From Erysipelotrichaceae bacterium MTC7 (GTDB lineage Bacteria > Bacillota_I > Bacilli_A > Erysipelotrichales > Erysipelotrichaceae): a DNA stretch of 32,000 nt. The translations under genes were made by a program, and so were the position numbers. Below, piece after piece: positions 1 through 8,344 of the stretch. The notes under the pieces were generated by a model. That model saw nothing but the letters and a program-made list of their open reading frames with translations. It had not been told where the DNA came from and ran no database searches. The stretch is from assembly GCA_001695645.1 (NCBI GenBank), contig LVZN01000045.1, forward strand, positions 60,001-92,000, given 5' to 3'. Numbering within the stretch: position 1 is the stretch's first letter; every line of letters starts with the position of its first letter.

Positions 1-739
1 CATAATTTTCATTCAAGAGTGTACGATACATACTTCTGGTTTGACCTGCATGGGTACATAATACAACACCAACAATAATACATACAAAGAAACAAAGATT
101 GGCAATTAGCTCATTACTGAAGTATTCAATTAACGGTTGTCCAGCAACTGCCAGTAGAAAAAAAGAAACACCAACGATAATTTCAATCATAAACATTTTC
201 TTCGATTTACTATATGCTTGGATAATTTCTGATTTGCTTTGTGTATCCATTTCAATACGATCTTTCATATATGCATATCCATCCATACTCATACCTGCAT
301 AAATAAAGAGACCTACAGCTATGGCAACCGGTAAAAAGAAACCGACTCCACTTAGGACATCAGAGGACATACCTACTGTTAATTCACTTGTTGCATACCC
401 TAACATAATTCCAATGACAATAAACGTCAAACCTAAACAAATTAAGAACGTTCTTCGTTTGAATTTGTACATGTACGATGTGACTACATCCTTTGATACG
501 TAACGTGCATCTTGTTGCATGTGTTCTTTATCAATGTTTAATTCTTTTAGTAGTTCATCCATATCACCAAATTGTTGCAATACTTCCTTTATAGCTTCAG
601 TTTCCGACATACCTGCTTCACGGTGTGCTTGAAATGCATCTTCCATATGATCTTGCAGATTCATTTTCATCTCTGCGACTTCTTTTGTTTTTGGTAAATC
701 TTTGAACATCTGTTCTAAATACGCTCTAATTGTTTCCAT
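1..739 (-). CDS. PadR-associated membrane protein (DUF1700/HAAS-like helical N-terminus followed by hydrophobic segments); 3' end lies beyond the window edge
   Basis: Hand translation from ATG at 739 (minus) is open to position 2. It begins METIRAYLEQMFKDLPKTKEVAEMKMNLQDHMEDAFQAHREAGMSETEAIKEVLQQFGDMDELLKEL, then hydrophobic stretches (FLICLGLTFIVIGIMLGY, GVGFFLPVAIAVGLFIYAG, MIEIIVGVSFFLLAVAG). The start overlaps the padR stop by 14 nt. It is absent from the ORF track because it has no stop in the window. Confidence 0.6.
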   Translation of the reverse strand, partial: METIRAYLEQMFKDLPKTKEVAEMKMNLQDHMEDAFQAHREAGMSETEAIKEVLQQFGDMDELLKELNIDKEHMQQDARYVSKDVVTSYMYKFKRRTFLICLGLTFIVIGIMLGYATSELTVGMSSDVLSGVGFFLPVAIAVGLFIYAGMSMDGYAYMKDRIEMDTQSKSEIIQAYSKSKKMFMIEIIVGVSFFLLAVAGQPLIEYFSNELIANLCFFVCIIVGVVLCTHAGQTRSMYRTLLNENY

Positions 740-1067
740 ATGTTTCTCCTTTTGTGAATTGGTTGATAACTTCTTTCGTTACTTTCCACTCTTCACATTT
801 TTCTTTGTAATAATTAATTCCTGCATTGGTAATTTTGTAGTAGGTTCTTCGTTTACCAAACGTTTCATTTCCATAATAGGAAGTTATATATCCATTTTTT
901 TCTAAACGTGTAAATGCAGAGTACAATGTTGTTTCTTTCATCTTATATTTACCTTGTGATAACTTTTCGATTTCTTTTGCGATTTCATATCCATAATTAT
1001 CTTTTTCCAGTAATACTGCCAGGATCATAGTATCGTTATATCCACGGCTTACATCACTACTAATCAT
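726..1067 (-). CDS. PadR family transcriptional regulator
   Basis: 113 aa. The winged-helix signature is typical of PadR (MILAVLLEKDNYGYEIAKEIEKLSQGKYKMKETTLYSAFTRLEKNGYITSYY). An RBS-like AAAAGGAGGTAAACA lies upstream of the ATG. Confidence 0.85.
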   Translation of the reverse strand: MISSDVSRGYNDTMILAVLLEKDNYGYEIAKEIEKLSQGKYKMKETTLYSAFTRLEKNGYITSYYGNETFGKRRTYYKITNAGINYYKEKCEEWKVTKEVINQFTKGETYGNN

Positions 1068-1151
1068 TGTTTACCTCCTTTTACTCCATCTGATGTACTT
1101 CATCTGACATAGTAATATTAACACACGTACTACGACAGGTAAAGTAAAATA

Positions 1152-1180
1152 TAAAAAAAGGATAAAATAAATTTATCCCC
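1152..1180 (-). terminator. Rho-independent terminator overlapping the stop of the small membrane protein
   Basis: Minus strand reads GGATAAA-loop-TTTATCC followed by TTTTTTTAT. Confidence 0.45.
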
Positions 1181-1415
1181 CTATGATTTGATAGATTGCA
1201 GCTCCTAGAAAACACAAGCCACCAATAACCCATATGATGACACCTTTCATGCCCAAGCCATTGTTTTCACGTTTCCGATAATACATAAAAGCAAAGTAGA
1301 AGAAATAGCCAGCTAACATGAAACTTCCAATATAGGCAGGTGCCTTCCAAATCGCAACACATGTGACAATTGCATAAAGCATAATAAAGCCATACTCTTT
1401 TATAAATTTTTTCAT
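1173..1415 (-). CDS. Small hydrophobic membrane protein (80 aa), function unknown
   Basis: Start moved to the internal ATG at 1415 (MKKFIKEYGF...), which is preceded by AAAAGGAAGT. The sequence predicts two to three TM-like segments. I recognise no family. Confidence 0.45.
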   Translation of the reverse strand: MKKFIKEYGFIMLYAIVTCVAIWKAPAYIGSFMLAGYFFYFAFMYYRKRENNGLGMKGVIIWVIGGLCFLGAAIYQIIGG

Positions 1416-1487
1416 TTGGTACTTCCTTTTTGTATACTGTAACACAAAAGAAAAGGAATGAATCACTATTCACTCCTTGTTTCGTAT

Positions 1488-3056
1488 TTAGTCGATCATT
1501 GAAGGTTCCCAATCTTCTTTTGTTGGTAACCCTAGTAATTTAACAACTGTGTTAGCTACGTTAGCTAATCCAAAGTCACCTTCTTTTACTTTTACATCTG
1601 CATTGTAGAAGATAAATGGTACTTTGTTAAGTGTATGAGAAGTTTTTGCTTTTGTAGCAGCTCCTTCTTTTTTAGGTTTTTCATACATTTCATCTGCATT
1701 ACCGTGGTCAGCTGTAACAAGCATCACACCGTTTACAGAATCAATTGCATCTTGTAGACGTTTTAATTGTAAATCAACTGTTTCAACACCAATAATTGTT
1801 GCTTCGTAGTTTCCTGTGTGTCCAACCATGTCACCATTTGGATAGTTTACACGTAAGAAATCATATTTACCAGATTTGATTGCTTCAATCAATTCATCTG
1901 TAATTTCTGCAGCTTTCATCCATGGACGTTGTTCATAAGGGATAACATCACTAGGAATTTCTACGTATGTTTCTAATTCTTCGTCAAATTTACCTGCTCT
2001 GTTTCCATTCCAGAAATATGTAACGTGACCGTATTTTTGTGTTTCACTAATTGCATATTCTCTTACTTTATTTTCTACTAGGTATTCTGTAAGTGTATTT
2101 TTGATTTTTGGTGGGAATGCTAAGAAGTGTTCAGGAATGTTTAAATCTGAATCGTATTGTAACATACCAGCAAATTTAACATCTGGTTTACGTACACGAT
2201 CAAATTTGTCAAAATCTGCTCTTTCGAATGCTAAACAGATTTCTTGTGCACGGTCTCCACGGAAGTTGAATAAAATCACAGAATCTCCATCTTCAATTGT
2301 TCCTACTGGTGTACCATCTGTTGCAATAACGAATGCTGGTAAGTCTTGGTCAATGACACCTGTTTCAGCACGGTATGTTTCAATTGCTTCTTTTGCAGTT
2401 GCAAATTGTCTACCTTCACCTAATACGTGTGTTTTCCATCCAGCTTCAACCATTGGCCAGTTTGCTTCATAACGGTCCATTGTAATTTGCATACGACCAC
2501 CACCTGATGCAATCACTGCATGGAAGTTATCATCGTTAAGTTCAGTTAGTTTGTTTTCTAATGCATCTACATATTCTAATGCACTTGTTTCAGGAACATC
2601 ACGTCCATCCAATAAGATGTGAACACGTACTTCTTTTGCTCCTTGTGTTTTTGCTTGTTCTAACATTGCAAATAGGTGGTTAATGTGTGAGTGCACATTT
2701 CCATCTGATAAGAGTCCAATAAAGTGTAACGTTTTATCTTTTGCACTATTTACAAGATCGTTCCACGTTTCACTTTCAAATAATAATTTACTTTCGATTG
2801 CTTCGTTTACTAATTTGGCTCCTTGTGAGTAGATTTGACCACTACCTAATGCGTTGTGTCCTACTTCTGAGTTACCCATATCATCATCACTTGGTAATCC
2901 TACAGCCTTTCCATGTGCTTTAATTGCAAGGTTTGGGCTTGTTGCATATAAATTGTCCAATGTTGGTGTGTATGAATTTGTAACGGCATTACCATATGCA
3001 CTATCATTGATTCCAACACCGTCCATTACGACTAATAATACTGGTTGTTTATTCAT
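1488..3056 (-). CDS. gpmI: 2,3-bisphosphoglycerate-independent phosphoglycerate mutase
   Basis: 522 aa, full-length iPGM-like sequence (LLVVMDGVG, GNSEVGHNALGSG, LLSDGNVHSH, ADHGNADEM). RBS is AGGAGGAAGC. Confidence 0.95.
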   Translation of the reverse strand: MNKQPVLLVVMDGVGINDSAYGNAVTNSYTPTLDNLYATSPNLAIKAHGKAVGLPSDDDMGNSEVGHNALGSGQIYSQGAKLVNEAIESKLLFESETWNDLVNSAKDKTLHFIGLLSDGNVHSHINHLFAMLEQAKTQGAKEVRVHILLDGRDVPETSALEYVDALENKLTELNDDNFHAVIASGGGRMQITMDRYEANWPMVEAGWKTHVLGEGRQFATAKEAIETYRAETGVIDQDLPAFVIATDGTPVGTIEDGDSVILFNFRGDRAQEICLAFERADFDKFDRVRKPDVKFAGMLQYDSDLNIPEHFLAFPPKIKNTLTEYLVENKVREYAISETQKYGHVTYFWNGNRAGKFDEELETYVEIPSDVIPYEQRPWMKAAEITDELIEAIKSGKYDFLRVNYPNGDMVGHTGNYEATIIGVETVDLQLKRLQDAIDSVNGVMLVTADHGNADEMYEKPKKEGAATKAKTSHTLNKVPFIFYNADVKVKEGDFGLANVANTVVKLLGLPTKEDWEPSMID

Positions 3057-3155
3057 ATTTGCTTCCTCCTAATTATTTCTATGATGTCTATACTAATATA
3101 GCACAATTCGTGAAAATTTGAACTAATTAGTTTGGAAAATCATTCGATTTTAGGT

Positions 3156-3186
3156 AAAAAAAGAGCAGTTCTTACGAACTACTCTT
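3156..3186 (-). terminator. Rho-independent terminator after rpoE (overlaps its stop codon)
   Basis: Minus strand reads AAGAGTAGTTC-GTAA-GAACTGCTCTT followed by TTTTTTT. Confidence 0.6.
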
Positions 3187-3463
3187 CCATCATCATTTCA
3201 TCATCAATTAAGATGTCACTTAGATTTGCTTTACGCACTTCTTCATAGCGGTGACGTGATTTTATATCCCATGAATTGTTATCCATGCAGACAAAACGTC
3301 CATCAAGTGATAAATCTGTATAGAATTGTGCAATTCTATCCTCTTTTTGACTTTCCGTTAACTCATTGCGTTCACAAACAGCGTTGAATAAATCAATAAA
3401 CACTAAGTCACCGTTTGTTTCTTTTAGCACTTCATATGCTACATCAATCATTGGTTGCTTCAT
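3179..3463 (-). CDS. rpoE: DNA-directed RNA polymerase delta subunit, short form
   Basis: 94 aa. The motif RIAQFYTDLSLDGRF matches the conserved HARE-HTH core of Gram-positive RpoE. The acidic C-terminal tail (DDEMMMEE) is much shorter than in Bacillus. Confidence 0.75.
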   Translation of the reverse strand: MKQPMIDVAYEVLKETNGDLVFIDLFNAVCERNELTESQKEDRIAQFYTDLSLDGRFVCMDNNSWDIKSRHRYEEVRKANLSDILIDDEMMMEE

Positions 3464-3477
3464 ATAGCTTCCCCCTC

Positions 3478-5121
3478 CTACATTTTTTCTGGTGCTTCGA
3501 CTCCGATTAACCAGAGAGCATTACGTAAAGTGATTTGACAAGCTCGTAACAAGTCTAATCTTTGTGCACTTCGTTGTGGATGTTCATTATCGATGACTTT
3601 GCAAGCCCCATAGAATGAATGGAATAATGCTGCAAGCTTCTGAATATAGTTACACATTTTATTTGGTGCTCTATGTTTCGCTGCATCAGCAACAACATTC
3701 GTAAATTCATGAATGTATTTCAATAATTCCAATTCCTTTTCATGCGTTAGCAGATCATAGTTTTCTGCTTTTTCATCAATTGTGCTACTACGTAAGATTG
3801 AACAAATACGTGCATGGGCATATTGTGCATAGAAGACTGGATTTTCATTGGTTTGTTTCTTAGCAAGATTTACATCGAAATCAAAGTGTGTATCCAAAGC
3901 TCTTTGCACAAAGAAGTAACGTGCCGCATCTACACCAACATCTTCGCAAAGTTCACGAAGCGTGATTGCATTTCCTAAACGTTTTGACATTTTAACTTCT
4001 TCGCCGTTATCAACTAAACGCACCATTTGAATGATATCCACTTCAAGTGTATCCGCATCTCTTCCTAGTGCTTCAATACTTGCTTTTAGACGTGGAATAT
4101 ACCCATGGTGGTCTGCTCCTAGAAAATCTACCATCTTTTCGAAACCTCTGTCAAGTTTCGTGATATGGTAAGCGATATCTGGCACTAAATATGTATAAGA
4201 TCCGTCATTTTTACGTAGTACACGGTCCTTATCATCACCAAATTTTGTTGTTTCGAACCATAAGGCTCCATCTTTTTCATAAACATATCCAAGTGTATCT
4301 AACGTTTCTACTGCTTTTTCAACTAAACCAGCATCACGTATCGATTGTTCACTTGTAAATACATCAAATTCGACTCTAAAATTCTTTAAATCGCGTTTTA
4401 ACTTTTCAAGTTCCAAACGGATTCCTTCTTTTTTAAAGAAATTATGAACTTCATCAGAATACGTTAGATATGCATCTCCATATTCTTTTGCAATTTCTTC
4501 AGCAATTTCTTTTACATCTGGTCCATGGTATCCATCTTCTGGAAGGTCCACTTGTTGACCAAAGATATTTGCATATCTTGCATATAAGGAACGTGCCAAG
4601 TTATCTACTTGGTTCCCTGCGTCATTTACATAGAATTCACGAGTTACATCATAACCACTCATCTTTAATAGACGTGTTGTTGAATCACCCCATGCAGCTC
4701 CTCTAGCATGTCCTAAGTGTAAGTCCCCCGTTGGATTTGCACTTACGTATTCACAGTTAATTTTCAAAGCTTTCCCAGAATCGTTATATCCATAGCGATC
4801 CCCAAGGTCCAACACCTGGCTAATGACACGTGTTAGACTATCACTTTGCATTTTAAAGTTAATAAATCCTGGACCTGCAATTTCCATCGAAGCAATACTT
4901 GCAGCTTCTTTATCAATTGTATCTACCAAAGTTTGGGCAATCACTCTTGGATTGTTACCAATCACTTTTGAAAATTTCATAGCTGTATTGGTTGCATAAT
5001 CACCGTGGCTTTTATCCTTAGGTATCTCAATAATGATATCTTCAATTGCGACATCCACTTGGAACGCCTCTTGAATGGCTTTGGCAATTGATTGTTTTAG
5101 TTGTTGATCAATTGTACTCAT
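3478..5121 (-). CDS. argS: Arginine--tRNA ligase
   Basis: 547 aa, class I synthetase motifs (SANPTGDLHLGHARG = HIGH; MSKRLG = KMSK), DALR anticodon-binding-like C-terminus. Confidence 0.97.
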   Translation of the reverse strand: MSTIDQQLKQSIAKAIQEAFQVDVAIEDIIIEIPKDKSHGDYATNTAMKFSKVIGNNPRVIAQTLVDTIDKEAASIASMEIAGPGFINFKMQSDSLTRVISQVLDLGDRYGYNDSGKALKINCEYVSANPTGDLHLGHARGAAWGDSTTRLLKMSGYDVTREFYVNDAGNQVDNLARSLYARYANIFGQQVDLPEDGYHGPDVKEIAEEIAKEYGDAYLTYSDEVHNFFKKEGIRLELEKLKRDLKNFRVEFDVFTSEQSIRDAGLVEKAVETLDTLGYVYEKDGALWFETTKFGDDKDRVLRKNDGSYTYLVPDIAYHITKLDRGFEKMVDFLGADHHGYIPRLKASIEALGRDADTLEVDIIQMVRLVDNGEEVKMSKRLGNAITLRELCEDVGVDAARYFFVQRALDTHFDFDVNLAKKQTNENPVFYAQYAHARICSILRSSTIDEKAENYDLLTHEKELELLKYIHEFTNVVADAAKHRAPNKMCNYIQKLAALFHSFYGACKVIDNEHPQRSAQRLDLLRACQITLRNALWLIGVEAPEKM

Positions 5122-5503
5122 TAAGATCTCCTTTCATCGTAAACGTAATCTTGAAACCATCATGTTCATGCGATTGTAATACATCGTATGCAATGATAAC
5201 CTGGTTATCACTCTTGCGATATAGATGTGTAAAAAGATCAATATTCATATCACCATACTCACTTTTTATGAGATTGGTTGTATCATCATTTTCTTTAAAA
5301 GTTAAAATGGAATGAACATCACCAACACGCTCAATTTGTGCGTGATCGTCATAAACTCTTAATGTCACTTTCGCTCCATCAAGTTCTTGATAACTGATTT
5401 GTTCATAATCATCATAAATATCATATGTAGCTTCACCTACATACAAGTCTTGGCTTTCTTTTGTATAAAGATGCTGATGCATCACATGTAGTTTCTTTTT
5501 CAT
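5108..5503 (-). CDS. DUF1934 (YwiB-like) beta-barrel protein upstream of argS
   Basis: About 131 aa from MKKKLHVMHQ. It is co-oriented with argS and overlaps it by 14 nt, as in the ywiB-argS arrangement of Firmicutes. The ATG at 5518 overlaps the predicted -10 box, so 5503 is preferred. Family assignment rests on context and general sequence character only. Confidence 0.55.
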   Translation of the reverse strand: MKKKLHVMHQHLYTKESQDLYVGEATYDIYDDYEQISYQELDGAKVTLRVYDDHAQIERVGDVHSILTFKENDDTTNLIKSEYGDMNIDLFTHLYRKSDNQVIIAYDVLQSHEHDGFKITFTMKGDLNEYN

Positions 5504-5516
5504 AGTTATATCGCAC

Positions 5517-5544
5517 ATTATAGCACGAAAACAGTGTAGTGCAA
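5517..5544 (-). promoter_or_regulatory. Sigma-A-type promoter for the DUF1934-argS unit
   Basis: Minus strand reads TTGCAC, a 16-nt spacer ending in TGC (extended -10), then TATAAT. This leaves only about 6 nt of leader before ATG 5503. Confidence 0.45.
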
Positions 5545-5554
5545 GCCTATTTTA

Positions 5555-5591
5555 CAAAAAAGGAAAGCTAGTATTTATGAGCTAACTTTCC
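5555..5591 (-). terminator. Rho-independent terminator overlapping the flavodoxin stop codon
   Basis: Minus strand reads GGAAAGTTAGC...GCTTTCC followed by TTTTTTG. Confidence 0.5.
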
Positions 5592-6047
5592 AATAAACGA
5601 CGAAACCTTTTCATCTAAGTTTTCATTTTCATCAAGTGCAGCTAAATCTAAATTTACCGTCTTAATAATCAAAGAATCAATTAAGTTCATTTTATTGAAA
5701 TCAAAGCTTCCACCAAAGTCGATAGCTGTTTGTAAAATGTTTTGATATTCTGGAATATTATCTTCAATAATTTCATCAATCGTTGGTGACTTCATTCCTC
5801 GTGTAATAAATAGATGTAGTGATTTACTTGATAACTTGTGAATTTGATTCAACATGAATTCTTTTAAATCCTTGCGAATCTTTCCAACATAAAGTGGACT
5901 ACCGAAGATTACGGTTGTATAACGATCTAAGTTAATTAGATCAGCATCTTCAATATTCACCATGTCTGCATCACAATTGTCAGCAATCGTTTTTGCCACT
6001 TCTTCTGTACCACCATATTTCGTGGCATATAATACTAATGTTTTCAT
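5568..6047 (-). CDS. Flavodoxin-domain protein (HemG/Flavodoxin_5-like)
   Basis: Start moved to ATG 6047 (MKTLVLYATKYGGTEEVA), preceded by GGGAGGA. The N-terminus is a typical flavodoxin FMN-binding loop. Confidence 0.75.
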   Translation of the reverse strand: MKTLVLYATKYGGTEEVAKTIADNCDADMVNIEDADLINLDRYTTVIFGSPLYVGKIRKDLKEFMLNQIHKLSSKSLHLFITRGMKSPTIDEIIEDNIPEYQNILQTAIDFGGSFDFNKMNLIDSLIIKTVNLDLAALDENENLDEKVSSFIGKLAHKY

Positions 6048-6260
6048 ACAATCCTCCCTGTTAAACCCCTCACACACTTGAGTGGATTTTCATGATAACA
6101 AATAACTTATAACATTTCTACCTAAAAACTTGTATAAATGATAATTGGTTGTTTACGTGTTAAAATTGGTATTGTATATATAAAAAATAAGGTGTTATAA
6201 CCAATCATTGTGGTTATTTCACACCTTATTTTAAATGTAATTTTCACATCCAATGCATAT

Positions 6261-6298
6261 AAAAAGATCTTGTGTATGTTCTACTCACAAGATCTTTT
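6261..6298 (-). terminator. Rho-independent terminator after the nitroreductase gene (perfect 13-bp stem)
   Basis: AAAAGATCTTGTG-loop-CACAAGATCTTTT. On the minus strand the stem is followed by TTTTTAT. Confidence 0.7.
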
Positions 6299-6319
6299 CT
6301 ATTATAGTGTTACAAACAA

Positions 6320-6922
6320 CTATTTATAAATTTTTACTTTGTCGTCGATATTCATAAATTCTTTACTACCAGGATCTCCTGCAGGTTTACCGATTGGCAT
6401 TTGAGCTACAAGTCTCCAACTTGCTGGGATATTCCACGTTGCTTTTACTTCATCATCAATCACTGGATTGTAGTGCTGTAAATTAGCCCCGTAGCCAACA
6501 CTTTCTAGTGTTGTCCACATTGCATATTGTAGCATTCCATTTGCTTGTCTTGACCAGTCTCTGAAGTTCTCAGCGTAATCTGGCATTTTTGCTGCATATC
6601 CTTCAACAACTTCTGTATCATCAAAATACAAAATTGTTGCCCTTCCAGAAGCAAATGCAGTATCAATTTTTTCTTCTGTTGATTTAAACTTCTCTGGGTT
6701 GTTTACAATTTTACGTAACGTTTCTCTTACAATGTTCCAAAATTTTGTGTGCTCTTCATTTTCCAGTAAGATTACACGTTGACTTTGCATATTGAAAGGT
6801 GAAGGAACGTGTTTTGCAATATCTTGCACTAACGTTTCTAATTCTGCACTTTCAAGCACCTTTTCATTTGAGATTTGATAGTATGTTCGACGATCTTTAA
6901 TACTTTCTAAAATAGATTTCAT
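6320..6922 (-). CDS. Nitroreductase family protein
   Basis: Start moved to ATG 6922 (MKSILESIKDRRTYYQ), preceded by AGGAAAGGA. About 200 aa with nitroreductase-fold character (RRTYYQ, FNMQSQRVILL, LQHYNP). Confidence 0.8.
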   Translation of the reverse strand: MKSILESIKDRRTYYQISNEKVLESAELETLVQDIAKHVPSPFNMQSQRVILLENEEHTKFWNIVRETLRKIVNNPEKFKSTEEKIDTAFASGRATILYFDDTEVVEGYAAKMPDYAENFRDWSRQANGMLQYAMWTTLESVGYGANLQHYNPVIDDEVKATWNIPASWRLVAQMPIGKPAGDPGSKEFMNIDDKVKIYK

Positions 6923-6994
6923 AATATCTCTATCCTTTCCTTTTAACATCCTTATTATAAGCATAATAGAAGTTTATTTCATCGAAAGTGCTTA

Positions 6995-7024
6995 GAAAAA
7001 AAAGAAACCCATATAATGGGTTCA
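6995..7024 (-). terminator. Rho-independent terminator after darA
   Basis: Minus strand reads GAACCCA-TTATA-TGGGTTTC followed by TTTTTTTT. Confidence 0.6.
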
Positions 7025-7028
7025 ATTT

Positions 7029-7352
7029 TTATAATTTAACGAATTTTTCTACATCAATAACAAAGATGGTTGCTCCACCAACTTGTACTTCCACTGGAAA
7101 CGATGCAAATCGTCCAATATCATATGATGCAGTTGAAGGTACAACTTCTGTACGTTTGCGTGAGAATTCACCAATGACTTCAATAGCACGGTCAACTTTA
7201 TCATCTTCTGTACCAACGATTAAGGTTGTATTACCTGCTCTTAAAAATCCACCAGTTGTTGCTAAACGTGTTACTTGATAGTTTTCTTTTGTTAATGCAC
7301 TTGACACACTATGTGAATCGTCGTTTGACATAATAGCTAATATTAATTTCAT
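7029..7352 (-). CDS. darA: PII-like cyclic-di-AMP receptor protein (DarA/PstA/YaaQ, DUF970)
   Basis: Start at ATG 7352 (MKLILAIMSNDD), preceded by AAAAGGAAGTG; the ORF-track start is an upstream GTG. Conserved YaaQ-like core: LATTGGFLRAGNTTLIVG...GGATIFV. Confidence 0.8.
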   Translation of the reverse strand: MKLILAIMSNDDSHSVSSALTKENYQVTRLATTGGFLRAGNTTLIVGTEDDKVDRAIEVIGEFSRKRTEVVPSTASYDIGRFASFPVEVQVGGATIFVIDVEKFVKL

Positions 7353-7433
7353 AAGTATCACTTCCTTTTCTTGATTATATCAATTTCTCAGCCAATAGTC
7401 TAATACTAAAATAGATGTTAATTTAAAATTAAT

Positions 7434-8024
7434 CTATAACTTCTTTCTTCCTTCAATCGCTTTAATTAGTGTCAGTTCATCTGCATAGTCAAGATGTCCA
7501 CCCATTGGTAGACCATGAGCTAAACGTGTAACTTCAACATCTTTATCTGTAAGTAGCTTAGCAATGTAAAGTGCAGTTGTCTCACCTTCAATTGTTGGAT
7601 TTGTGGCAATTAGTATTTCGTTTACTTGATCATCAATTCTTGGTAATAAGCTTGCGATGTTTATATCTTCAGGCATAATTCCTTTTGTTGTGGAGATAAC
7701 ACCGTTCAAGACATGATACAACCCATGATATTGTCCCGTTTTTTCTAATGCGATGACATCCTTTGGACTTTGGACAATTGCAATCATATGTTGATTACGA
7801 CTATGATCCTTGCAAACATCACACTGTTCACCATCACTTAAGTTTCCACAAATACTACATGTGCGAATATCGTTTTTTAAATCTTCTAAACTTTGAATAA
7901 AGTTATCAATATCTTCATCACTGTACTTTAACATTTCAAATGCATAACGTTCTGCACTCTTTATTCCTACACCAGGAAATTTTCTTAGATTTTCAATCAA
8001 GTTTTCAAATTTTTTTGGATACAT
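7434..8024 (-). CDS. recR: Recombination protein RecR
   Basis: 196 aa, with HhH N-terminus (LPGVGIKSAERYAF-like), C4 zinc finger (CSICGN...CDVC) and Toprim domain. Confidence 0.95.
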   Translation of the reverse strand: MYPKKFENLIENLRKFPGVGIKSAERYAFEMLKYSDEDIDNFIQSLEDLKNDIRTCSICGNLSDGEQCDVCKDHSRNQHMIAIVQSPKDVIALEKTGQYHGLYHVLNGVISTTKGIMPEDINIASLLPRIDDQVNEILIATNPTIEGETTALYIAKLLTDKDVEVTRLAHGLPMGGHLDYADELTLIKAIEGRKKL

Positions 8025-8025
8025 A

Positions 8026-8331
8026 TTACATTCCTGGTATCTTCATACCACCAGTTAAAGAAGCCATCATTGCTTCTTTCTCGTCCGTTACTTGTTTTAA
8101 TACATCATTCATTGCCATTTGTACGAGTTCCTCAAGCATTCCTTGATTATCTTGATCAAGAACTTCATCTTTGATAAAAACGCTTACGACTTCATATGCT
8201 CCATTCATGGTAACTTCAACAACGCCACCACCTACACTTGAAACAAATTGTTTCGCTTTTAATTCACTTTCTTGTTTACTCATATCTTTTTGCATTTTTT
8301 GCGCTTGTTTCATTAAAGCTTGTAAATCCAT
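8026..8331 (-). CDS. ybaB: YbaB/EbfC nucleoid-associated DNA-binding protein
   Basis: Start moved to ATG 8331 (MDLQALMKQAQKMQKDM), preceded by GGAGGACAAAAT. This is the canonical dnaX-ybaB-recR position. Confidence 0.9.
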   Translation of the reverse strand: MDLQALMKQAQKMQKDMSKQESELKAKQFVSSVGGGVVEVTMNGAYEVVSVFIKDEVLDQDNQGMLEELVQMAMNDVLKQVTDEKEAMMASLTGGMKIPGM

Positions 8332-8344
8332 ATTTTGTCCTCCA

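Noticed and set aside
99-905. Plus-strand ORFs 99-302, 321-503 and 702-905
   Set aside because: They are antisense to the PadR gene and its partner membrane protein gene, which together form a coherent overlapping operon. They have no RBS, and their hydrophobic composition is typical of antisense frames of AT-rich genes.
1267-1512. Minus-strand 81-aa ORF overlapping the gpmI 3' end and the small membrane protein gene
   Set aside because: It sits in a different frame overlapping two better-supported genes, and it has no RBS.
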